Below, piece after piece: positions 35,444 through 48,300 of a stretch of DNA of 64,000 nucleotides; positions within the stretch are counted from its first letter, which is position 1; each line of letters begins with the position of its first letter. The stretch is from Guillardia theta CCMP2712 (Eukaryota > Protista > Cryptophyta): contig NW_005434617.1 in NCBI RefSeq assembly GCF_000315625.1, positions 423,439 through 487,438 of the forward strand. Reading direction: 5' to 3'. The notes under the pieces were generated by a model that made no database searches, was not told where the DNA came from, and was given only the letters and a program-made list of their open reading frames with translations. Both the position numbers and the translations under genes were made by a program.

Positions 35444-37131
35444 ACAGGAGCAGGAGCAGGCGCGAGGAGCAGGCGCAGGCGCAGGAGCANNNNNNNNNNN
35501 NNNNNNNNNNNNNNNNNNNNNNNNNNNNNNNNNNNNNNNNNNNNNNNNNNNNNNNNNNNNNNNNNNNNNNNNNNNNNNNNNNNNNNNNNCCCCCCCCCCC
35601 CGCCATCGCTAACTTCCTCCAACTCCTCTTACTTCTGCAAGTCTCCCTCCTCCTCTCATACTCTCTCTCCCTCGTTTCTCCTCCTCACGATCCCTGTCCT
35701 CTTCGTCTTCCTCTTCCTCTTCCTCTTCCTCTTCCTCTTCCTCTTCCTCTTCCTCTTCCTCTTCCTCTTCCTCTTCCTCTTCCCGTTCTTCTGGCACTCA
35801 TTTGCATGTTGTATTCACGTCTTTCTCCTTTTCTCTCCTTCCCTTGGTTCCTTACCTTCTCTCTCTCCTTCTCCCCTCCCTCCGTCCCTTCCGTCCTTTC
35901 TTCCTTCCTTTCTCCTCTTTTTTCCCCCTCACTGCTCCATTCCCACCTTCAGGGTTGTCCCTTCCATCGCATTCAGACGGGTGAACAATGTTTTTGTTCG
36001 GGAGGAGGAGAAGGTTAAGGACGTTCTGCAGGATTCGTGTGCCAAGGAGGAGACGTGACGCGATTCGATGGTGAGGGGAGGAAGGGGAGTAAGGAAGAGG
36101 AGAAGAAAGGAGGTGGAACGCATGTGAGCACGAGCTCGCAACCAAGGAAACTCGAAGGAGGGGAGGAGGGAGGGGCAGGGAAGGAGCGGATTGGTCTGGG
36201 AGGAAGGAGGAAAGAGGAAAGATTGTCTTGTAGGAGGAGGGTGAGAAGACGGCAGGTTCCGGAGGGGAATCAATCTACGGCAAGAAGTTCAACGACGAGA
36301 AGGACGGGATGAAGCTCAAGCACGACAGGGCAGGTGGACAAGCTTGAGAGGAGGGGAAGAGGAGGAAGAGGAGAGGAGAGCAGAGGAGGGGAGGGAAGAG
36401 GAGAGGAGAGGAGCAGGAGGAAGAGAGGTTCAGGAGTGATTGGAGGATGAAGGTGTTGTGGCGATGGCAAACAGCGGAAAGAATAGCAACTCATCGCAAT
36501 TCTACATCACATTGGATAAGGCTCCTCAGGTCCTCCCCTCCCTCCCTCCATCCATCCATCCATCCATCCATCCATCCCTTCCTCTCTCCCTCCCTGTCTC
36601 CCCATCCCCAAATCCCCTGCTGTCTTTCACTTGCCCTATTCTGTCTTGTCGTTCTGCTTGACCCTCATCATTGACATGTCCGGCAGTGTGACGGGAAGTA
36701 TGTCGTCTTCGGCAGAGTTCGGGTCACTTGCTCTCTCCCCATCCTTTTCTTCTGCTCCCATGCCCCTTGCCCCAGTCATCCTACTCTCCTCTCGGTCCTC
36801 CCCTTTCCTTTCTGTCCTGATACTCCTCCCCTCTTTCTCCTCCCCCCTCAGTTCCCCTCTGTCCTCTTCCCAACTCCTACCTTTCCTCTCTCCTCCCTTC
36901 TCTCTTCTCCCTCCTCCTTCTCTCTCTCCTCCCGTCTACCTTTCCCCCCGATCCTCCCCATCCTCATCATCGTAGCAGGATGATTGCCTGCATGTTCTTG
37001 AAGCCATCGCTGCATGCAGCAGCCCCGATGGCACGCCAAAGGTTATTCAGCAACCCTGCACGCGCCTCGTTTCCTCCTCCTCTCCTCCTCTCATTTTCGT
37101 CTCCCATGTTTTTCACCGTCGTATTGTCAGT

Positions 37132-37190
<59 letters not shown>

Positions 37191-37328
37191 TCGTTCTTGC
37201 TCGTATCAACTACTTCACATCCTATCTCCCTCCACTTTCCCCTCGCCTCGCCTCTCCCTTATCATCTCTCTCTCTCCTCATCCCTTGTGCAGGACCGGGT
37301 TGTCATCGCTGACTGCGGGCTGCTGTAA
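34559..37328 (+). CDS. Cyclophilin-type peptidyl-prolyl isomerase with an N-terminal insertion; many small exons, spans an assembly gap
   Basis: MAAFLDIDIGD..AGRL..GCPFHRIQT|GFVCQGGDVTRFD|GSGGESIYGKKFNDE..LKHDRA|GVVAMANSGKNSNSSQFYITL..|CDGKYVVFGRV..DGTPK|DRVVIADCGLL*. Confidence 0.92.
35490..35589. other. Assembly gap (100 N)
   Basis: N run. Confidence 1.
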
Positions 37329-37628
37329 GAGAAGGAGAGAGAGAGGAAGAGAAGATAGTTAAGAGGAGAGGAGAGTTCAGAGGAGAGGAGAGTCAGGAGG
37401 GGAGAAGTTTCTGAGCATCATGGTTTATTCATCTCAACACAATTCGATGCAACAACAAACTTGCGCATCAAGACAGTGAAAAATTCTCCCCGCACATAAC
37501 GCAGGGGGCAGACAAACTCCAACATCAACATATCTGTGAATTTACATGGCAAACCTTTGGAGGACCGTCGCTTCTGCTCCCTCCTCCTCCTCCTCCTCCT
37601 CCTCCCTCCTCACCCTCCTCCTCCTCCC

Positions 37629-38555
37629 TCACCCTCCTCCTCCTCCCTCCTCACGACTCCCTCCCACTCTCCCCCTATCCTTCGTACCGCTGAGCTCCTC
37701 CACCTTGGGTGCTCGCATCGACATCTCGTACAGGAAGAACTTGAGCTCGAGATACTTGCGACTCCCCGTCCCCACCTCCTGGATCGAGTAGCGGCCCTGC
37801 AGCCAGGCGGGAGGCAGCTCAAGGGGCTCGAGGGGAGGAGGACGAGGGTTGCCGTCGGGGTCGATGTACCAGAATACCCGATCATGCTGGAGGCAGTTGT
37901 TGTCCGCGCAGTTGACCACCCCCCGCAGGTGCTTGCAAGGGGAGAAGTACCCCACCTCCAGCTGTAGCTGCCGGTACCAGGAGTACATCCTCGCTACCCG
38001 CGGGATCGGAACCTCGATGCATCCCGTGCTCGCCCTCTTCGCTGCCTTCCTGAGCTCGAGCCGGTAGATCGCTCCTGTCCCACACGAGCTCACGATGGGA
38101 TCGGGAGCGATGAGGAAGGGAAACATCCCCTCCTCCTCGTTCCTGCAGCACCAGGAAGGATCCTTGCAGAGGATCCCCAGAAAGGGATTTGCATCCTTGG
38201 AAGGCTCGACGACGGCATGCTCCGGCAGCTGTCGCTTCAGCCATGGGACAAGGAGCGGCTGTGCAAACTTGTGGAAAAAGGAATTGACCTGGCAGAGGAG
38301 GTCGAACCGAACGTCTTCGTCACTGTAGGACACGAAGACGTACTGCAGAAATATTTCCATAGCAGCTTCCTTGGTTGATCTTGACTTGTCCTTTCCTTGA
38401 ATGCAACGCGAAGCCATGGAGACTTCTTGTCCTGCCCCTTGCGAGACTTTGTTTGTTTTCCCTCCGCCGCGAACAGCACAGCTCGCAAACTTGCAGGAAT
38501 CCATGCGTGAGCTAGAGGACCTGCAGCACTGAGACATCACTGACGTGCTATCCAT
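37629..38555 (-). CDS. Hypothetical protein (about 300 aa; weak F-box-like segment near the N-terminus)
   Basis: 308-codon ORF with coding-like GC3 bias and complex sequence. MEIFLQYVF..VRFDLLCQVNSFFHKFA only weakly recalls an F-box. Confidence 0.6.
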   Translation of the reverse strand: MDSTSVMSQCCRSSSSRMDSCKFASCAVRGGGKTNKVSQGAGQEVSMASRCIQGKDKSRSTKEAAMEIFLQYVFVSYSDEDVRFDLLCQVNSFFHKFAQPLLVPWLKRQLPEHAVVEPSKDANPFLGILCKDPSWCCRNEEEGMFPFLIAPDPIVSSCGTGAIYRLELRKAAKRASTGCIEVPIPRVARMYSWYRQLQLEVGYFSPCKHLRGVVNCADNNCLQHDRVFWYIDPDGNPRPPPLEPLELPPAWLQGRYSIQEVGTGSRKYLELKFFLYEMSMRAPKVEELSGTKDRGRVGGSREEGGGGG

Positions 38556-39389
38556 CCCCGCGGTTCACTTGCAACAACCTGCACCACCTGATCCTCCCGT
38601 GCTCCCACAAACTCGCGCAACGATCGTCGGAAGGCCTCTATGGAACAGACTCGACTGAGAACACGATAGGAGAGCTCACCAAGATAGAGTGATGTCAAGT
38701 CAGCACAGACATGTGAAAGAATCTCCTTCCTTCCCTCCTTTTTCTTCTCTCGTCCTTCGCTCTTGTTCCTCCACTGTCGCCATTGCGCCGCCCCCTGTCA
38801 CGTTACGTTTCCCTTAGAGAGAGGAGGTCCTAGGAAGGAGCTAGGAAGGTGCTATCTGGTCTTAAAAATGCTCAGTATTCCCCTAGGTTTCCTAAGACCC
38901 CTATGGCATCTTCTAAGTGATTCTGAGTAGGACCCTAGGACCTCAAACTGTACCTTAGCCTCCCTCTCAGTACCCCTCTTCTTACCTCCTTCTACCCACC
39001 CATTTCGATCACCACCACCCCTCTTCACGAAGAGAAGTAGAAGGACCCTACCCCTGTGCGTCCTTCCCAACCACCGATGTCGACAGATTGTGATCCGCCC
39101 GCTGAGACCACCCGGTCAAGGAGTACCCCTACCCACCATCATCATGGATTCACGCGTGATTTGAATGGAATTTCGAGGGTCCTCGACACCAAAGGATGAC
39201 CCCCTGTACACCCCCACCCCCAATGGTATGCGACTACCCCTGTAAGATGAGCCCCCCCGGTTCGCTGCACTGCTGCCACCTGAGTCTCATAGTTCCAGCT
39301 CCAACAATCATAACTGCCGATACCCCACCACCTCGTAAATGGCGAGTCAGTGATTTTAACACGTCTCAGGTGATCCGACTTGCAAACGC

Positions 39390-40062
39390 ATCCCGGAGTC
39401 CGGTCCAGGATCTTTCGTCAGCTCAAGGCCGGGCCTCCCTCAGTGTCCTACGCTGCCATCATCGCGGGTGCATTCCGGTATCATGCGGCGTCTCATTCCT
39501 TCGGCGGCGGCCACAGCGCGTAGTAATTGAAGGTATCAAATAAGTTTGGGAGACAGCAGTCGGCAAGATTGGGTTTGGTTCTCGCTGTCTTTTAAAGAGT
39601 CCGAGTCTTCTGCGGCCGTTTGGCCTGCCACAGTGTGCGATAGTGTCAGGCCCCGGCGAGGGTCAAGCCCGGGCGGCCTCCTGACTCTCCTCAGTGTACT
39701 CAGTCACTGCGGCTGAGTGACGCGTGACTCCGAGTCGGCATCCGAGGCCGGGCCGCCCGGTACTTCATACGGGCGGCCGCGTGGCATCATATGATTGTGA
39801 CCGTCACGGCGTACAAGTCTGACTTGAACAAACTTGCTTGTACTCCGTCACGGGGCACTGTGGCAGGCGCTGAAGCCTGGCGGCCAGCGCCCGGGCTCCG
39901 ACGGCCGGGCGGCGCGCCGGGTCCCGGACTCGGACTGAGTCGGGGAGTCCGACTTGGAGTCCGAGCCGACGGCGAGCCTCGGAGTGTTTCACCGGCCCCC
40001 GGCTCCGGGGGGGCCCTTTACTGTTACTCAAAGTTAAGCCTAAATCAGTACGAGGGCAATCA
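39390..40062. repeat. Dispersed GC-rich element copy (backbone shared with 7814-7886)
   Basis: AACTTGCTTG..TACTCCG at 39831-39847 and TTACTCAAAGTTAAG..CAATCA at 40024-40062 both match the 7.8 kb copy. Confidence 0.65.
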
Positions 40063-40635
40063 ATCAAGTCACTTCAAAAGATGTGGGTACCCCCACCTCT
40101 TTTTTCACCCACCATACTACCCCCTCAGCATATAGCTCCAAGGTCCGACTGGGGTGAAGGCGGAGGGTCGACAGGGTGGTGGTAGAGGGCAGGGGTGGTC
40201 GATGAGCGTTACTGCCATAGCGATGACAGCAGGGGCAGACATGGTTGTAAGGAGGAAGGGAGTATGAAGTGCAGGAGAAGGGAGAGCGGGAGCAGGAGAA
40301 ACATCGAGATGGGGTTGCAAGCGAATGGCAGAGCATGAGATGATCCGATGATGAAGGATGCGTGTCGAGATAGAGGAGGTGATGTAATATGCTCCGGTTG
40401 TTTCAAGGAATCCATAAAGAAGTGCTTCAATGGGTTAGGGACAAGAGGAAGGGAACGAGCACAGCTATCTTCTTTCTGACATTCTCCTGCAGTCATTATG
40501 TAAAGTGCAGACAGTCCATCAGGAACGTACATCCGAATTTAGTGCTCGACGAAGGTCAGGTCGGAACGTTTATCTGAGTTATGAATTTGTGGAGCATTCT
40601 ATCTGGTCAGCAACCGATGTAAGACTTCATGCAGC

Positions 40636-41265
40636 ATGTTAGGGTTGCGATCGATGCAGTCTATGGCATACCATCCGGACAGTAGAGCTCAAGTCTCGTT
40701 GTCTAGTCTAACCAAGATGTCCATGTTTCAAGGGAGATCAAGCTCTCCTGTGAAGGGATCCATATCGACCAATTTTTGTGAGAAGTGCAAGACCAAGACG
40801 ATGGGCAAGCTTCAATTCCCATGCGGACGGGTGGTGATTCTTTGCGAGAAATGCGCATTGAGCTTCTTTGATGTTTTGGTTTTGAAATCGTCTGCAAAGA
40901 AGGTGGTTTGGGACACGTCGGGTGGCTCGCAAAGGAGCTCGATGAAAGTGACGGAGGAGGGGGGTGCCGCAGCTGCAGGTCAAGCGAGCTTCAATTGGCT
41001 GCGACAGAAACAGCAGGAGGGAGAGATTAAGCTGCCGGACAACCTGAAAAGCTCGTACCAGAAGAACCTCTCCTCCACCATCTATCCCTCCAAGGGGAGA
41101 AGGCAAGCGACTCTCGTCTGCAGCATCGGTGTGACCATAGCGACTTGCTGCAGTCAACTCGCAGGCATCGGCAGACGAGACGGGCCCCAAGGCTCGAGAG
41201 ATACTCTCATTCCAGCTCACCTGGCTCGAGGTTTGCCCGGGACTAGATTGATTCCCACCATCTGA
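40636..41265 (+). CDS. Hypothetical protein with a small Cys cluster (CEKC..CGRVVILCEKC)
   Basis: 209-codon ORF, probably spliced at both ends. Confidence 0.45.
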   Translation: MLGLRSMQSMAYHPDSRAQVSLSSLTKMSMFQGRSSSPVKGSISTNFCEKCKTKTMGKLQFPCGRVVILCEKCALSFFDVLVLKSSAKKVVWDTSGGSQRSSMKVTEEGGAAAAGQASFNWLRQKQQEGEIKLPDNLKSSYQKNLSSTIYPSKGRRQATLVCSIGVTIATCCSQLAGIGRRDGPQGSRDTLIPAHLARGLPGTRLIPTI

Positions 41266-41675
41266 CAGAAGAGATTATAGAGAATTCTTCGATCTTGAAA
41301 TCTATCTCAGATGTAAAGCATTCATTCTCTCGCTGTCGATATGTCATTCGGCTGAAGTTTGAAACATTCCAGTTCGAAAGAAGACAATCAAGATACGGGT
41401 TGAAACTTTCACTTTCAACCGATCAAACTCATTCCAAGGTGTGAGTTGATGAATATTGGTGGACATATGGGTTTGACTGCTCGCTTGTTCAGGAACCCTT
41501 GGTGCAGTCGTCTTATCTGCTAAGACTTCACTGAGTGACATGCAGCAAACGGGAAGAAGTGCGGACAGAGACAGAAAACCCGGTGCTACAGGCAGCATGG
41601 TAATGCGAGCGAGCTGAGACGAGAGTCTGCGATGTCAAGGGATGGCAGGGGATGAAATCCAAGGAGGCGAGACGA

Positions 41676-43964
41676 TCATCGGCAATCACTACAAGCAGCA
41701 AGGGGTTGGAAAAAGAAGTTCACATGGGAACACCGATCATCGTCCCTCCGACATACTCCTCGTACACTCTTGCAAGCTTGCTCGCCCCTTGCTGACTTGA
41801 CTTGTAGGCTAAGCACTTCCAACGCCTTCCCCTCCATCTTTAAAGGTACCTCTCTCTCTCTGATCCCATGACTCATTCTCTTGCCCTGTAAGGCACAAGC
41901 TCTCCTCTGAAGAACCTCAGGGTCTGATTGAAGCCTCTCACCTCCACTCCCTCGTCTCCTCTCTTCTTTGTTCTTACCTTCACTTTCTTATTCTTCCCCA
42001 TTTTTTCTTGTGCTTCACACATTCCTCTCTCATTGGGAAGGGAATTTTGCGCTGTTGTTTATGAATCATTCTTTCATGTTGAAGTGTTCCTCTAGCCTTC
42101 CACTTGAGTCTGCACATCAAAGGAGAGTCAGATCGTGCCGTAATGATTCGAAACATCTAACACCTTAGAAGACCGAAACTCGTTGTCAAAGAAATCTTTG
42201 CGTAGCCTCTCACGACCTGGATCTTCGGGAGCAGCGGCCTGTTTCTGAGTCCTCGGCTGATTTTCTTTCTTCTGCTTGTCGTCAAGGGAGAAGAATTGCA
42301 GCAGCGACCCAGCAAATTTCATGACAGACTTGGTGATCTCATGCTCTGCCTGCGGGTCGTCGGGGCTGGGAGATTCTTTCCGCAACATCCTCTCCAGGGA
42401 GGAGTTGGACTCCTCATGCATCTCCTGCAGCCTCCTTGCGATCTCTTGCTCTGCCCGATGCAAGTCACTGAGACTGGAGATCAGCCAAGCTGCACTCTGA
42501 TACTTCTCTCTGCGTTATACTGCTCAGCATCGGCAAAGCACTCTTCCCTCACTCCCACAGCGGTTCTATCTGTTGGCAGACGGTGAGTTTTGACATCATG
42601 ATTACTTTGTGCTCGACCATTGTTGTATTTGAGGCACAAGAGCAAACTATGTACAGAAGCTTCATGCTCTTTCAGGTCCTGTTCACATCTCAGGGAACGA
42701 AATGCGAGAGTGGAGTTAGTGTCAAGAATACTTGTGATGTTACAATGGGGGATGAGCCACACGCCGCAAATGCTCTTTGCTCTTTCAACCTCTTCAACTC
42801 CATTGCCACTCGCTGATGCTTGTTGCGAACCTTGTTGCGTAGTCACATGAGTATGCTACCCTCATAGCAGTACACAAGGAAGAGAGTACCTCAATGCAGT
42901 ATTCCTCAAGGTTTTCAACTTCCCCTAGCTCGTTGTCAGGGAGCTCTACAGGTTTTTGCTGCTCAGGCTTGTGCATGTTGATGCTTTGACAAGGTTCTGT
43001 ATCGACGAGGCACATCATACCTACCCAGCGTCTGACTGTTTGGTTAGCAAACGCGATGGCAAAGAGCTTGTCAAGTTCCCACTCCTGCATATCCCAGCGG
43101 GTCAACATCAGAAGAGCGGCTGAGGGGGCTCACCTCAAGGAACTCCTGGTAGTCGCGCAAGTCTAGCTCTGATGGCACCAACATGTCCGACTTCTCCACC
43201 TCTACTTGCAACACGCGACACAACTGAAGCAGCACCGTCACTGGAATCCGAATGCACACAATCATACCTTCAACAGCCTTTCTGACGTCGTCGTAATGAT
43301 TGAAGAGAGCAGGGAATGGATCGGTGTCTGTTTGTGTTGATGTTGATACCAGGAGAAGAGATCCTCCAGTCTTTCATTACACGGTCTGTTTCCTACATCA
43401 TCTCACGTCATTTCATCCTTCCTTCAGGTGGAATTTGCTGACCCCAAAAGAATTTTGACAGCTGATTGTCACAATCAGAAACGAGTCCGTCGCCGTCCTG
43501 ATCCATCAACTTGGATGTGTGAGGAGACATGCATTTCATCTCAGTGTAGAGCTTACCGCGTTCAACACACGCATGTCCCCTTCTTCTGCTGTGATGAGCT
43601 TTGAGTGCTGTGGCGAGAGCAGATCCACTGGCCGATCAGGGTCCAGCTCATGCCTGCGCGCTGCATGGGCAATGAGCTTGTTGAGGGCGAGGAGCTGAGA
43701 CGGCGAAACGAGAGTCCTCGCCATGTTCAGAGTGATAGGCGAAGACGAGGCCGACTGAGGATAACTGTCGGGGAAGGGACGCCAAGCAACTCTCGCAGGA
43801 GCGGTTGGCGGGGAAAGAGAGAGCAAGGCGTGGACAGGGGAGTGACGGATGGGAGGAGACGGAGGAGGAGAGGAGAGATCAGGACGGGGAGAGGCCTGGT
43901 CCCAGTAAGTTGGAACCGAAGCTGCCAGCGCCGGAGGAGGAGGGGAGGGAGAGCGAGACGACAT
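41676..43964 (-). CDS. Multi-exon hypothetical protein with Pro/Ser-rich N-terminus, an EF-hand-like loop and coiled coil
   Basis: Exon-like ORFs 43536-43964, 42794-43108, 42128-42463 and a DQDGDGL loop near 43485-43505. The 3' end is uncertain. Confidence 0.5.
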
Positions 43965-43989
43965 GGAAGCCGGTGTTCGCTTCAGGACA

Positions 43990-44690
43990 CAAGGCGTGTT
44001 GTGTTGTGTGGGTGGGTGAAGATGGGATTCTGGTACCAGGGGGTACCTTGTGATTGTGATGAAGTTGGGGTACTCAGGATAGAGGATGGGGTCATGAACA
44101 TTCAGAGGGTCTCAGTAGCAGGGTGGTAAGTACAGTTATGAAGGAATTTTTAGGGTTGTGAGGTCAGGAGGTGGGGGTGTAATTCTCATGGGGTGGGGTT
44201 CATTTCCTAGATGGGGTCCACATGAGGGGTTTGCGATCATACCCGGCTGCACTACCCCCTCATCCCCATGTGTTACTACCGTTCCGAGACAGATACCCTA
44301 TGGACCCGACCCTCCAGCTCTACCTTTACGCTAGTCCACCCCTCCCTCCGACCCACGTCGGTAATCAAAGTACCCCACCCCTTGCCTGCAGTGCAGTACG
44401 AAACTTGCAGTGCTGAACTTTGTCCCACCCCTTGGCCTTGTAAACTCCGACAGCCCCCACCCCTCCATGAGATGCCTCTGGGCAGACAATGCACCACCAC
44501 CCTGCACACAAGAATCCTGCATTTTAGACTTGAAATATATGGAACTATTTTCGTGCGAAATTTCAAATAATGCCTTGAGTTTTTGAATAAGATATTTCAT
44601 TTGAAATTTTCACCCACCCCAGCAAGTCAACGAAACAGAATCCCCGCGCAGATCTACCACCCCCACCTACCCAATATGACCACCCACATC
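43990..44690. promoter_or_regulatory. GGGGTA/TACCCC island with a skew switch (G-rich then C-rich) between divergent genes
   Basis: GGGGTAC words at 44040-44075 and 44170-44230, then ACCCC-rich sequence. Confidence 0.35.
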
Positions 44691-45369
44691 GGAAGATCTC
44701 TCTAAAAGGAGGTGGGGAGAGGATCGGGAGAATCGGAGAAGCAGCAAGGAGGGTGAAAATGGTAGTAGAACGAGGAGGAGGAGGAGGAGGAGGAGGAGGA
44801 CGAGAAGAAGAGGAGTCAAGGGCAAGGTAGTCGAGGACGATGGTAACAAGGTAGAGGGTGCAAGGCATATCGGCAAGGCAAGCTAGAAGGGATGGAAGGA
44901 CGAGACAAAGCATGGGCTGGAGCAGCAACGGCGCCATAGTGCGAGTAGATGAAAGCGGGCAGAAAGATCAAGGAGAAAAGCCTCTGGCTGTGTAGATATA
45001 AGATATAATTGTCAGCAGGAGTCAAGGTGATGAAAGTATTAATGTTTGAAACAAGATGGAGAATAAGTGTTTCTGATTGCGAAGGAAACTGTGATGATTG
45101 TTTCTACAAAGTTATGTTGAAGGACAAAGGTTGGACGAGAGCTAGGGATCATGCATGCAGGAAGGCAGATGAATACACACACAAACGAAGAGGAAATTCA
45201 AGTGTGGATTGGACTCATATGAAATCTGCTCAAGAAAAAAATTGCAACAAAGTTCTAGCCCATAGATTGAAGAACCGTGTATTTTTAAAAAGTTGCACTG
45301 AAGTATGTTACAACGCAAGATTTGATTCGAAATGGCAACCAGAGATTGATTTCGGCATGTGACATTTTG

Positions 45370-48300
45370 ATGCAGATGCAAACGTCAGGGCCTCCTCACC
45401 TTGCCACGGAGTACATCAACGTCTCCAGGGAGGGGGTTCCCCAGGGGGACACACCTACAGGAGGGTTCTCTCCCAGCTACAACAGCATCTCTCCCAGGGG
45501 AGTATACGACTCCGGTCGCCGATACCAGGGTGACGTCAGGGGGAAGAGAAACTCCCTGGAAACAGCGCAAACGCGCAGGAGCAGCATGCTGAGGGTGAAG
45601 GATCACGACCTCGGGCAGGCTGGGGTTGGACTTGTCTTTGTCAAAGACGATACAAACGACCATCCCGTGGTTGCAGCTGTGACGGCTGATGGGTCTGCCT
45701 TCCGGGACGGACAGATCCAAGTAGGAGATAGAATCACCAGGGTTCAAGGACAGCCCACTTTCGGAGTCAGCACGGAGGGGCTTGCGGAGAGGATTCTAGG
45801 TCCTTACGGATCTTCGGTGAGCCTGACCTTCATACGACAAGGAGACGACAGAGAGTTTGTAGTCAGCCTCATCCGAGGATCTCCGATCTACTGGCACATG
45901 ACAGATCAAATCCAAATCCTGCAGAAGACCGTGGAAACGCTGGATATGGAGAAGATAAAGATTCGATCCGATTTGGAACAGCTTCTGACCAATGAAAGAA
46001 AGCAGCATTACTCTGAGATGAGCGAGAAAACCAAGAGGCATGATGCCTTCGTGTCAGAAATGAGTGCTCACCACCAGCAGTACGTTGAATCTTTGTCGAG
46101 GAAACATGAAGCCGATATGCAGCAGACCACAGACCGTTTTATGCACCAGATAGAAACGTCCAAGAAGGATCATATGCAACAGATGACTGAGGCAGCTAAA
46201 AACTTTCAAGCAACGATCGATGAGTACAAGCGACAGTATAGCGATCTCATCGCTGAGCAAAAGAAGCAACACTCTGAAACCATTGCGTCGTATGAGAAAA
46301 TGCAAATTCACGCAATGAACGAAAAGGAGGTGCAAATCGCTCAAATTCACAAGAATTTCAACGAAAAGCTTGAAACTTATAATTTGGAGCTTCGGACAAA
46401 ATCAGAAGTGCTCGAAACTAAAGAAATTGAGAACGGCCGACTCAAGAGTGATGTGCAAACCTTGAAGGGGAAATGCACATCTCTGGAAGGAGAGCTAAAA
46501 GCAGCCGCAAAAGACATGAAGGTATCTTGTCTTTTTCCCTGCTCGAAGCTTTAACGCCCTCGCCTTCAGGAGCTCAAAGATTCATTCTCAGCTCTCAAGA
46601 CTGAGAACCAGTCGACTATCCAGCAATTGAGACAGGAGCTTGAAGCGTACATGCGCCAGGTCTCGGATCTCAACGCCAGCCTCTCCAAGCAAGCCCAGGA
46701 GCTCCGTATTGCACACAAGGAGAAGAGTGAGCTCGTCTCCTCCCTCAACTCCGTTCGCGCCGAGGCCGATCGGCTGCAGGCAGAGCAGAAGGTCTTGGAC
46801 CCATGCTCGCTCCTCTCCGGCCTGTGACGAGACTTGGCAGGCGCTGGAGGGTAAGCTCGAGAAGCTGGGCTCAGACAGCAACCAGAAGATACAAGCTGTC
46901 GAGGATCGGGCCAAGCAGGTCCAGCAGAAGCTTGAGCAGCAGCTCAAGGCCGCCAAGGACGAGCTGGAGAGCACAAAGCACGCGCTCGGAGAGCAGAGGG
47001 CTCTTAGCGAGGAGCTGAAGATCAAGGGGGAGCGGCTGACCCAAGACAAGCAGGTAAGAGATCGAGTCTGACCGGGAAGGGAGGGCATGGGCCGGAGAGG
47101 AGGGAGGGAGTAATGCACATCACAGGACCTGCGAAGCAAGCTCGAGAGTCAGGAGGCAGAGCACAGCACACGGATGAAGAAGCTGCAGGAGGAGCTTGAA
47201 GCGTACATGCGCCAGGTCTCGGATCTCAACGCCAGCCTCTCCAAGCAAGCCCAGGAGCTCCGTATTCTTACATTGAGCCCCGGTTTCGTCTCCTCCCTCA
47301 ACTCCGTTCGCGCCGAGGCCGATCGGCTGCAGGCAGAGCAGAAGGTCTTGGACCCATGCTCGCTCCTCTCCGGCCTGTGACGAGACTTGGCAGGCGCTGG
47401 AGGGTAAGCTCGAGAAGCTGGGCTCAGACAGCAACCAGAAGATACAAGCTGTCGAGGATCGGGCCAAGCAGGTCCAGCAGAAGCTTGAGCAGCAGCTCAA
47501 GGCCGCCAAGGACGAGCTGGAGAGCACAAAGCACGCGCTCGGAGAGCAGAGGGCTCTTAGCGAGGAGCTGAAGAACAAGGGGGAGCGGCTGACCCAAGAC
47601 AAGCAGGTAAGAGATCGAGTCTGACCGGGAAGGGAGGGCATGGGCCGGAGAGGAGGGAGGGAGTAATGCACATCACAGGACCTGCGAAGCAAGCTCGAGA
47701 GTCAGGAGGCAGAGCACAGCACACGGATGAAGAAGCTGCAGGAGGAGCTTGAAGCGTACATGCGCCAGGTCTCGGATCTCAACGCCAGCCTCTCCAAGCA
47801 AGCCCAGGAGCTCCGTATTGCACACAAGGAGAAGAGTGAGCTCGTCTCCTCCCTCCACTCCGTTCGCGCCGAGGCCGATCGGCTGCAGGCAGAGCAGAAG
47901 GTCTTGGACCCATGCTCGCTCCTCTCCGGCCTGTGACGAGACTTGGCAGGCGCTGGAGGGTAAGCTCGAGAAGCTGGGCTCAGACAGCAACCAGAAGATA
48001 CAAGCTGTCGAGGATCGGGCCAAGCAGGTCCAGCAGAAGCTTGAGCAGCAGCTCAAGGCCGCCAAGGACGAGCTGGAGAGCACAAAGCACGCGCTCGGAG
48101 AGCAGAGGGCTCTTAGCGAGGAGCTGAAGAACAAGGGGGAGCGGCTGACCCAAGACAAGCAGGTAAGAGATCGAGTCTGACCGGGAAGGGAGGGCATGGG
48201 CCGGAGAGGAGGGAGGGAGTAATGCACATCACAGGACCTGCGAAGCAAGCTCGAGAGTCAGGAGGCAGAGCACAGCACACGGATGAAGAAGCTGCAGGAG

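Noticed and set aside
45009-45362. 117-aa AT-rich ORF upstream of the PDZ gene
   Set aside because: Non-ATG start, no recognisable domain, and likely promoter/5' UTR.
46588-48248. Three repeated 183-191 aa minus-strand ORFs
   Set aside because: Antisense shadows of the triplicated coiled-coil exons.
46634-48300. Possible LTRs or CRISPR-like array
   Set aside because: The units are contiguous spliced coding modules with no spacers, PBS/PPT or internal retroelement ORF.
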